From: Candidatus Heimdallarchaeota archaeon
Lineage (GTDB): Archaea; Asgardarchaeota; Heimdallarchaeia; Heimdallarchaeales; Heimdallarchaeaceae
Assembly (NCBI GenBank): GCA_021399395.1
Contig: JAAFKJ010000126.1
Span: forward strand, 1-25,712
Reading direction: 5' to 3'
DNA: 25,712 nucleotides
In this document: positions 18,600 through 25,712 of the stretch, piece by piece
Numbering within the stretch: position 1 is the first letter of the stretch
Layout: each line of letters opens with the position of its first letter
Program-made: the position numbers and the translations under genes
Notes under the pieces: model-generated
Databases searched by the model: none
Told to the model about the DNA's origin: nothing
What the model saw: only the letters and a program-made list of their open reading frames with translations

Positions 18600-19793
18600 A
18601 TGATTATGAGTTCTTTGACAGATTGGCATGTAGATGTTCTTGAATATGCCCAAAAGTGCATCTACTGTGGGTATTGCTCACTATGTCCAACTTATAAAGA
18701 ACTCAAATGGGAAACAAATCATCCTAGAGGGATTTTAGAGCAAATCAAACTTTACTTCTCAGAAGGAACAAAGGAAAATGTAAAACTGGAAGTCTCCAAA
18801 ACACTTTTTGAAGCTGTCTTCGCCTGTACAATGTGTAAGGCTTGTGAAAACATTTGTCTGGTTGATATACCATTGATAAAAATCTGGGAACAAGTTAGAC
18901 AAGAATCCTTCAAAAAAGGTCGATGGAGCCCTTCAATGCTTTCTCTCTACAACAAAGTTAAGGATACACAAAATATTTTTGGACTTCCTCCTGAAGAAAG
19001 ACTCATATGGGCTAAGTTAAGCGGTCTTGTTATGACACGAAGAGTCAAGAAGAAAGCTCCTTTAGCTTATTTTGTTGGTTGTCAAGCATCTTATTCTGGT
19101 AAAATGAGTGAAATTGCTCCTAGTGTAGTAAAAATTCTTAGAAAAACTAAAACAAATTTCACAATTTTGGGTAATGATGAATGGTGTTGTGGTTCTCCTA
19201 TTTTCCTAGCAGGAGGTTATTCAGTCGGTAAGAGTTTCGCAAAACACAATTTGGACGAATTAAAGAAATTAGGTGTAAAAAGAATTGTTACAGCATGCTC
19301 TGGTTGTTATAGAGCATTTAAGATTGTATATCCCCGAGTTCTGGGAGAAAGTTGGGACTTTGAAGTACTCCATATCTCTGAATTAGCAAATGAACTGATA
19401 CAATCAGGGAAACTCAAATTAAAAAAACAAATCAAAGAAAAAGTGACTTTCAAAGATCCTTGTGAACTAGTTAGACACTGTGGATTGATAGAAGCACCAC
19501 GTAATGTAATTAATAGTATACCTAATGTTAGGTTTGAGGAACTACCTTCTAACAAAGAAGAAGCTCTTTGTTGTGGAGGTGGGGGTCTCCTGAAACTTAA
19601 TGATTCAGATTTAGGTAATAAAGTTAATTCTAAACTAATATCAGAGATAAAGTATTCAGAAGCTGATATTGTTGCAAATGGGTGTCCAACTTGTTTAGAT
19701 ACAATTCAAGCAGGAGTAAAGAAAGAGGGTTTAGATATTGAAGTAATAGATATAGCTGAACTCATCTTAAGAGCAATGGGGGAGAAAAAGTGA
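18600..19793 (+). CDS. GlcF/HdrD-like Fe-S oxidoreductase (2x[4Fe-4S] plus two CCG domains)
   Basis: CIYCGYCSLCP, CTMCKACENIC, YFVGC, WCCG, ACSGC, DPCEL, LCCGGGG, GCPTC. The start could be ATG 18606. Confidence 0.9.
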   Translation: MIMSSLTDWHVDVLEYAQKCIYCGYCSLCPTYKELKWETNHPRGILEQIKLYFSEGTKENVKLEVSKTLFEAVFACTMCKACENICLVDIPLIKIWEQVRQESFKKGRWSPSMLSLYNKVKDTQNIFGLPPEERLIWAKLSGLVMTRRVKKKAPLAYFVGCQASYSGKMSEIAPSVVKILRKTKTNFTILGNDEWCCGSPIFLAGGYSVGKSFAKHNLDELKKLGVKRIVTACSGCYRAFKIVYPRVLGESWDFEVLHISELANELIQSGKLKLKKQIKEKVTFKDPCELVRHCGLIEAPRNVINSIPNVRFEELPSNKEEALCCGGGGLLKLNDSDLGNKVNSKLISEIKYSEADIVANGCPTCLDTIQAGVKKEGLDIEVIDIAELILRAMGEKK

Positions 19794-21202
19794 CATTAAA
19801 GAGAAATGTAAGATCTAGATTTGTAAGATTTATTGGCAAAAAACTTAGAGAAGATAGAACAACTCTCCAAGTTTACTCAAGAGACATGTCAGATTTGCCA
19901 TCTCTTGTCAGTATTTTTTTCAAAAACATCCCAGATGGTGTTATTCTTGCATCTTCTGTTGAAGATATTCAAACAATCTACTCAATTGCTAATGAAACAA
20001 AAACTCCTATAACACAAAGAGCGGCAGGAACTGCTGGATTAGGTGGGAGTGTAACGTACAATGGAGGGTTAGTTGTAGATACTAAGGGTTTTGAACAAAA
20101 GTTCTTCTTTGACCCTTTAGAACAAACGGTTACAATAAACCCCTCATATGTTTTTTCTGACTTGCAACGAGAGCTAAAACTCCAAGGGCTTTCTTTATGT
20201 TCTTATCCTTCAAGTTATCATTCAGCGACAATTGGTGGGTGGATTGCTCATGGTGGGCATGGAATTGGTAGTGCTCAATATGGTGGTGCTCTTGAGCAAA
20301 TAGTAGAACTAGAAGTGGTTCTCCCCACTGGACATCTTGTAAAATACACAGAACGAGATCATATCTCATTATTTGTAGGATCACATGGTACTTTAGGAAC
20401 AATAACTGAAGTGACCTTACGTGTAAAATTTGATATTCCTCTGAAACACCAAGGTTGTACATTTGATTCACCCGAGGAACTAGTAAAAGGTTTAGGGGAG
20501 ATTGCAACAACCTTTCCACATTCAGTATGGTTCCTAAACCCAAAACATGTAGAGTCGTTTAATGAGACTTTTGGTTATAATTTGCCAAATAGATATGTTG
20601 CAATTATTTCAAAAGAAGTAAGCTTCGAAGAAGAAGAAATGGAATTCAATAGACTTTTCAACAATGCAATACGTAATGCAGGAGGTCAAATTCTTGATCG
20701 TAGATACACAGAAGATATCTGGAAATTCAGATTTAGATCTCTCTCTATGTTGAAACATTGTAGTGACTATGTTGTGTCTGAAGTTATACTTCCAATTGAA
20801 TCTAGTGATAAATACATACGAAAATTGATTTCTAAGTTTAAGGGTAATATACATCTAGAAGGAGAATTTATCTCTCCCACTCATTATGCTTTGCTTATAT
20901 ATGTTCTTTCAGAAGAAAAAATGTCTTCATTGAAGAAAACTCTACTTAATCTGAAACTCTTCAAATTATCTCTGAAAAGCAAGAAAGTAAAAGGGTATCC
21001 ATATTCTACTGGTTTGTGGTTTTCAGGTTTTTACGGACAAATCTATGGAAAAGACGAACTACGAAGATATAAAGAATTCAAGAAAAGTGTTGATCCCAAA
21101 AATATAAGCAATCCTGGAAAAGTCTTGTCCCCCAAGTTTAGATTTTTCCCTATAGTTAGTTTAAAATTCGTAGTAAAATTGGCAAGTAGGTTTATGTTAT
21201 GA
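19790..21202 (+). CDS. GlcD/D-lactate dehydrogenase-like FAD-linked oxidoreductase
   Basis: PITQRAAGTAGLGG, YPSS...ATIGGWIA.GG.G.GS..YG, LFVGSHGTLGTIT, VDPKNISNPGK. GTGA overlap with the upstream stop. Confidence 0.9.
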   Translation: MTLKRNVRSRFVRFIGKKLREDRTTLQVYSRDMSDLPSLVSIFFKNIPDGVILASSVEDIQTIYSIANETKTPITQRAAGTAGLGGSVTYNGGLVVDTKGFEQKFFFDPLEQTVTINPSYVFSDLQRELKLQGLSLCSYPSSYHSATIGGWIAHGGHGIGSAQYGGALEQIVELEVVLPTGHLVKYTERDHISLFVGSHGTLGTITEVTLRVKFDIPLKHQGCTFDSPEELVKGLGEIATTFPHSVWFLNPKHVESFNETFGYNLPNRYVAIISKEVSFEEEEMEFNRLFNNAIRNAGGQILDRRYTEDIWKFRFRSLSMLKHCSDYVVSEVILPIESSDKYIRKLISKFKGNIHLEGEFISPTHYALLIYVLSEEKMSSLKKTLLNLKLFKLSLKSKKVKGYPYSTGLWFSGFYGQIYGKDELRRYKEFKKSVDPKNISNPGKVLSPKFRFFPIVSLKFVVKLASRFML

Positions 21203-21636
21203 AAATACAAGATTATGACTTTCCAGATGATTTATTTTACGTAACTGGTGAGCCTGGACACTTCTGGATTGAACAAATATCTGATAACAAGGTAAAATTA
21301 GGAATCGATCATTATGCTTCTTCAAGGGCAGGTACAATTGAATACGTAATGACTATGAAGGTTGATAAAAGAGTCAAGGTTAATGATACAATAGGTACTA
21401 TTGAAAGTGGAAAATGGGTAGGACAACTAAAATCACCTATTAACGGAATGATTGTGGAAAAAAATGAAAACCTACGTAAAAATCCCGAACTAATCAATAA
21501 AGACCCATACGGGGAAGGGTGGATCATGATTCTTGAAGGAAAAGATATTGAGACTCAATTTGAAGAAAATACATTAATTATTCCAACGGGAGAGAAACTG
21601 GAAGAATATATCTTATGGAGAATTAGCAAAGAGTAA
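21199..21636 (+). CDS. gcvH: Glycine cleavage H-like lipoyl carrier protein (LbpA-like ESGKWVG variant)
   Basis: FPDDLFY...HFWI...KLGI, lipoyl-Lys motif IESGKWVG, SPING..VEKN..L...PELINKDPYGEGWI. ATGA overlap with the upstream stop. Confidence 0.88.
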   Translation: MKIQDYDFPDDLFYVTGEPGHFWIEQISDNKVKLGIDHYASSRAGTIEYVMTMKVDKRVKVNDTIGTIESGKWVGQLKSPINGMIVEKNENLRKNPELINKDPYGEGWIMILEGKDIETQFEENTLIIPTGEKLEEYILWRISKE

Positions 21637-21695
21637 GTTTCAATAATAATCAGAAAGATAAATTTTTAATTTGACATACTCTTTTCATTTTAATC

Positions 21696-22577
21696 ATGTT
21701 TAACTGGTTCATTCTAATTTTTGCACTTTTACAAGGCTTACTTGAATGGTTACCAGTTAGTTCACAAGGACAGACAGTTTCTTTGATAGTAGCTCTATTC
21801 CAAGACAAAGCGGATTTAGCTTTCCAAATTGCACTATGGCTACATCTGGGAACAATGATGGCTGTGATAGTAAAATATAGAAAAGAATTGTTTCTTTATT
21901 TGAACTTCAAAAATAAAGATCCAGAAGTAGTTCAATGGAGACGATTTTTGATTTTTAGCACAGTAGGTACAATAATTACAGGTGTTCCTTGTTTCCTTCT
22001 AGTTAAGTATCTCATTGAAGATAACTCGGTTTTTGGAGAATATGTGATGCTCTTAATTGGTGTAGCTTTAATCGTAACAGCTGCACTACTTTTCTATTCT
22101 GAAAGAAAGAAAACAAAATCAGAATCTCAAAAAGAAAAGGAAGAAACTATAATTTCAGAACAACAAGCAAAAGAACGCAAATCTGTTGCGGATCTATCTT
22201 TACTCCAGATGACAGCAAGTGGTCTGTTTCAAGGCTTTTCCATAATTCCTGGAATTAGTAGATCAGGAATAACTATGAGTGGATTATTGTTTATGGGAAC
22301 AAGAAAAGAAGATGCGATTAAAGGAAGTTTTCTGATGAGCATACCAGCTGTTCTTGGAGGTTTTGTTCTAGATGTTACATTTACAGCTGTTGACGGGGGT
22401 AGTATTTTTCCTATTGATTGGTGGCAAATACTCATAGCCATTTTGATTACAGCAATAATAGGTTATCTGACAATGGAACTATTTCTATTTATTGCTAGAA
22501 AATATAATTTCTCACTGATTTGTCTAATTCTAGGTATTCTCACAATTGTCCTATTCGCTGTTCGTTTTGCAGCTTGA
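21696..22577 (+). CDS. uppP: Undecaprenyl/polyprenyl-diphosphate phosphatase (BacA/UppP family)
   Basis: LQGLLEWLPVSS.G, LHLGT, GLFQGFSIIPGISRSGIT, SFLMSIPAVLG, multiple TM helices. Confidence 0.92.
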   Translation: MFNWFILIFALLQGLLEWLPVSSQGQTVSLIVALFQDKADLAFQIALWLHLGTMMAVIVKYRKELFLYLNFKNKDPEVVQWRRFLIFSTVGTIITGVPCFLLVKYLIEDNSVFGEYVMLLIGVALIVTAALLFYSERKKTKSESQKEKEETIISEQQAKERKSVADLSLLQMTASGLFQGFSIIPGISRSGITMSGLLFMGTRKEDAIKGSFLMSIPAVLGGFVLDVTFTAVDGGSIFPIDWWQILIAILITAIIGYLTMELFLFIARKYNFSLICLILGILTIVLFAVRFAA

Positions 22578-22616
22578 AAATTAATCTAGAATGACTATAT
22601 ATTGCGACCTCCAACA

Positions 22617-22757
22617 GAACTTATATATATTGTAGTAGGATAAGCAATTAACATTAAGAATTAAGTTACAGTTAACGAAAACATTAAATTAATCTTGAGC
22701 GATAATATGATTGTTTATGCTTACTGTACACCAGCTCAGCTAGTTAAAAAAAGGTGA
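22617..22757 (+). promoter_or_regulatory. Putative TATA box and GGTGA Shine-Dalgarno site for the Arf/Sar1-like operon
   Basis: GAACTTATATATA at ~22617-22629; AAGGTGA at 22751-22757 before ATG 22762. Confidence 0.4.
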
Positions 22758-22761
22758 ATGA

Positions 22762-23772
22762 ATGTCTTTCTATGAGTTTCGAAAACGTATTCTAGAGGAA
22801 AAACAAAAAAGAGAAAAGCAGCAAGGTAAACAAGGCGGAACAGAGAAAGTAAGACAAGAAACTGTTATTGGGAGAAATAAGTTCAGTGTAGCACTACTGG
22901 GTTTAGAGAGAGCTGGTAAAACTTCCTTAGTTAAGAAATTACTAAAACAGGAAGATATCGTAGTGCGACCAACTTACGGGGTTAATCTTGAGAATTACCA
23001 ATACCGAGATTTAACCTTCACATGTTTTGATTTAGGGGGACATCAACCATTCCGTTTGAGTTTATGGAAGAAGTTCATTGAAAGAGCAGATGCTGTAATC
23101 TATTTAGTAGATTCAGCAGATCATGCTAGATTTGATGAGTCGAGAGAAACATTTTGGCATTATATTAATTTCGCAAAGCAAAACAGTCCAGTGATGTTTT
23201 TAGCAAACAAGAGCGATCTACCAAATTCTAAGGAATTATCAGAAATAAATGAACAATTTGAACTAGACAAGTTTTTGAGAAATCTTAGACCATTCAATAT
23301 AAAGAAGGTTTCAGCGCTAACTGGCCAAGGAGTATATGAAGCCTGGGATTGGATCGTAGACATGTTGTGTGGCGCTCAACAGTGGAAAGTGAAGATAGGA
23401 GCCGCTGTTCTTGCGGATATTGATGGTAATATTGTTTCTGAAGCCATCTTCGGTAAACCAAGTGATCAAGCTATTATCGCAAATGATTTTAAGAAACTCA
23501 AAGAATTAACCCGTTTATTTGCAATTGAATCAAAAGAGAGCATTCAATCTATAAAATTGGAAAGTCTCTTCAAAAAACATGTTAGTCATGTTAAGCGAGG
23601 AGCTTATTGTCTTTCTGTTATGATTGACCCAATTGATCCCGTTACAAGAGCTCAACAAATTCAACTGCGACTTCTAGAAAATTTCAGTCGCAATCCTGCA
23701 GAAGTACAGAAAAATTTGAATGAAGTTTTCGAGAGTAAATTCCCATTAGAAGTAGAAGGAGGACGTCGTTAA
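22762..23772 (+). CDS. Arf/Sar1-like small GTPase with C-terminal longin/roadblock-like domain
   Basis: G1 LLGLERAGKTS, G2 PTYG, G3 FDLGGH, LW..F...DAVIYLVDSAD..RFDES, G4 NKSD, G5 SALTGQG. C-terminal AAVLADIDGNIV...KRGAYCLSVMID. Confidence 0.9.
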   Translation: MSFYEFRKRILEEKQKREKQQGKQGGTEKVRQETVIGRNKFSVALLGLERAGKTSLVKKLLKQEDIVVRPTYGVNLENYQYRDLTFTCFDLGGHQPFRLSLWKKFIERADAVIYLVDSADHARFDESRETFWHYINFAKQNSPVMFLANKSDLPNSKELSEINEQFELDKFLRNLRPFNIKKVSALTGQGVYEAWDWIVDMLCGAQQWKVKIGAAVLADIDGNIVSEAIFGKPSDQAIIANDFKKLKELTRLFAIESKESIQSIKLESLFKKHVSHVKRGAYCLSVMIDPIDPVTRAQQIQLRLLENFSRNPAEVQKNLNEVFESKFPLEVEGGRR

Positions 23773-24768
23773 TTGAGTGGCTATTTGTCCTTCATCCGAG
23801 ATAAGCTTATGGCTTCTCAGGAAGAGAAGATACCTCAGTGCGCTATCCTAGGTTTAGAAGGGTCAGGCAAATCAAGCGTTATAAGTCGTCTTCTATATGG
23901 AACTGTTTCAGATGATCAACCCATGCAACAAACATGTTTCATCAATGTATCATATGGTAAATCAACAATCACAATTCTTGAAGCTGATGAAGAAACTTCT
24001 CGTGAAAGTCCTTACTTCCAAGATATACTTGGGAAAATTGATGGGATTGTTTTCGTGATTGATTCGCAATCATTAAGACATGTAGAAGCTTCCTTCGAAT
24101 ATATCTTTAGTTTGTTTGATAAGATACCACAAACAACTTCAATTTTATTCTTAGCTAACAAAACTGATCTTCCAGATAGTGTTCCTTTTCCTGATTTACT
24201 TCAGGACCCTGCTTTTCAAGTCATCATGGATGATATCAATAGATCTGTGTCAATTTATCCAGTAAGCATTAAAACTGGAGAAAACTTCTACACGGCATTT
24301 GATTGGGTTATATCAAGAATGACTGGTAGAACCCCCTTAAGAGAAGAAGTTACACCTAAAAGAGTAATCATTCTTCAGGAAGGCGGTGTTCCAGCTTTCG
24401 ATCATACATTTGACGCTTCAGTTGAAGAGCACGATAGCACACTACTTGGAGGGTTGATAAGTGCGTTAAATATTATGGCTTCCACCATATTCGAGTCTGA
24501 ATCCGTAATGGATGTAGTAAAACTTGGTGGAATGAAAATGGTAATAAGAAAAATGGGTGGGTGGAGTATAGTACTTTTTGTTGACCGAGATGATAGTGAA
24601 TCAAAAGCTCAATCTCTTGCAGAAGAGATTCTTAATGCATTTCAAGAAGAAAAAGAGCGAGATCCTTCAAAGGATCTGCCAAAACAGATTAAGTATGAAT
24701 TTCTTACTAAGATTCCTGAAATTGCTATCTTGTTAGATCAACAACCAGAAAGAGATGACGAATATTAA
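23773..24768 (+). CDS. Degenerate Arf-like (pseudo-)GTPase with C-terminal longin/roadblock domain
   Basis: TTG start immediately after the upstream TAA. G1 ILGLEGSGKSS, G4 NKTD and G5 SIKTGE are intact, but G3 reads LEADEE. C-terminal IILQEGGVPAF...LLGGLISAL...WSIVLFVD. Confidence 0.82.
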   Translation: MSGYLSFIRDKLMASQEEKIPQCAILGLEGSGKSSVISRLLYGTVSDDQPMQQTCFINVSYGKSTITILEADEETSRESPYFQDILGKIDGIVFVIDSQSLRHVEASFEYIFSLFDKIPQTTSILFLANKTDLPDSVPFPDLLQDPAFQVIMDDINRSVSIYPVSIKTGENFYTAFDWVISRMTGRTPLREEVTPKRVIILQEGGVPAFDHTFDASVEEHDSTLLGGLISALNIMASTIFESESVMDVVKLGGMKMVIRKMGGWSIVLFVDRDDSESKAQSLAEEILNAFQEEKERDPSKDLPKQIKYEFLTKIPEIAILLDQQPERDDEY

Positions 24769-24779
24769 GGAGAAGAAAA

Positions 24780-25550
24780 ATGATAAATCCTAACGTTTCA
24801 AAAGAACCTTCATTGGTGTTCAGTATCTTCAAAGATTATGGACCTGAAATCCTATTTAATAACTCTGCACTAAATGAGAATACAGCTCTAACATTGGTTA
24901 TGAGTGGTATGACTCTTGTAGAAATGGACAAAGGTTCAATCGGAAGATTGGATGGCACAAAAACCCCTAAGATGCTGGGACCAATTCCAGTTCCAGAGCA
25001 TGAACAATTAAAAGCAATAGCAATACCTTTTGAGACAGAGATTACTTCATCTTCAGATGAAAGAATAGCTGCTGCTGGTCACCGTTTATGTGTTGCATAT
25101 TTTCTATTTGAAGGAATTGCAGTAAGAGATGTTTTAGACAGTTATGGTCTAATAGAACCCTACTTTACCTTGATAGGTAGAGGGTTGCAAAAAGAATCAA
25201 GTATTGACCCAACTTCAATTAAACAACTCTATACAAGAATGATAGACATGTTCTCAGGCAAAATTCCAAGAATATTTGCAATAAATGCCGACAATTCTCT
25301 GAAAGAAATGATAGGTAAGAGATTGGAATATGCTGATACTTATCTGCTTTGTGACTTGGATAAGAATGTTATGCACATCCTTCTTTACAATCCTTCAATG
25401 GATGTATGGAGACGAAGAGATATCTATAAAGTAGCATCCGAACTAAATTCAAGCATGTTCAGAAGTTCAATGAGAATTAAAACTATCGAAGATATAAAAG
25501 AAATGGTTAGAATTCTAGAAATATTGAACATCGAAATCGCTCCAGTCTAA
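24780..25550 (+). CDS. Longin/uDENN-like N-terminal domain fused to gelsolin-like C-terminal domain
   Basis: LVFSIFKDYGP...GPIPVP...AIPF...DERI...CVAYFLF. The C-terminal RIFAIN...DTYLLCD...MHILL...RRRDIYKVASELN...IKTIE...VRILEIL resembles the gelsolin-repeat pattern. AAGGAG SD. Confidence 0.6.
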   Translation: MINPNVSKEPSLVFSIFKDYGPEILFNNSALNENTALTLVMSGMTLVEMDKGSIGRLDGTKTPKMLGPIPVPEHEQLKAIAIPFETEITSSSDERIAAAGHRLCVAYFLFEGIAVRDVLDSYGLIEPYFTLIGRGLQKESSIDPTSIKQLYTRMIDMFSGKIPRIFAINADNSLKEMIGKRLEYADTYLLCDLDKNVMHILLYNPSMDVWRRRDIYKVASELNSSMFRSSMRIKTIEDIKEMVRILEILNIEIAPV

Positions 25551-25575
25551 ACATTCTAACAATTTTGTGCAAGCT

Positions 25576-25605
25576 TGAGAGGATTTTGCTCTCATATTTT
25601 TATTT
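25576..25605 (+). terminator. Putative hairpin + T-rich terminator of the GTPase operon
   Basis: TGAGAG-GATTTTG-CTCTCA followed by TATTTTTATTT, about 25 nt after the stop at 25550. Confidence 0.35.
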
Positions 25606-25712
25606 ACTCTTAAGGTACATAACTCATGAGTTAATTCTTCGAATTTTATTCGAAAATCTATTTGCACCAGTTATCATTTCTGTGTTGGTTACCCTAAACA
25701 TTCAAACAGGTA

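Noticed and set aside
22645-22695. ACATTAA repeats and TTAA-rich tract upstream of the Arf-like operon
   Set aside because: Short AT-rich repeats are expected by chance in this base composition.
8581-23363. Other short overlapping ORFs (8581, 10670, 12023, 13203, 13907, 15422, 17822, 18326, 19307, 20130, 20609, 21312, 22229, 23160)
   Set aside because: All lie antisense to, or overlap, confidently assigned genes and show no protein-like motifs.
1-25712. CRISPR arrays, tRNA/rRNA genes, transposases or integrases
   Set aside because: I saw no regularly spaced nucleotide repeats, GC-rich structural RNA genes or mobile-element ORFs.

Overview
AT-rich archaeal DNA, almost certainly from an Asgard archaeon (Heimdallarchaeia-like is my guess). 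The evidence is four small GTPases fused to roadblock/longin domains, two uDENN/longin-like proteins, a gelsolin-like domain, an archaeal tRNA splicing endonuclease and GGTG/GAGG Shine-Dalgarno sites. Two eukaryote-like signalling modules bracket the window. (1) 78-8128: a 1600-aa single-pass surface protein with about 8 Ig-like repeats. Its cytoplasmic tail looks like a folliculin/SMCR8/NPRL2-type longin (uDENN) domain and carries the ARG(G) arginine-finger-like motif. It sits beside two Rag/Gtr-like GTPases, making a candidate receptor-GAP/Rag switch. (2) 22762-25550: an operon of a Sar1/Arf-like GTPase (DLGGH), a G3-dead pseudo-GTPase paralog and a longin/uDENN + gelsolin-like protein. The genes between them encode an alpha/beta hydrolase, a secreted DJ-1/PfpI protein, a CrtI-like oxidoreductase, a Zn-ribbon hypothetical, a Cys-rich Fe-S protein, an ICMT-family methyltransferase, an M28 peptidase, a KaiC-like ATPase + thioredoxin pair, EndA, a coupled GlcF/HdrD-GlcD-GcvH/LbpA operon and UppP. 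A candidate structured RNA lies at about 9365-9515. All family calls come from motif recognition by eye; no searches were run.
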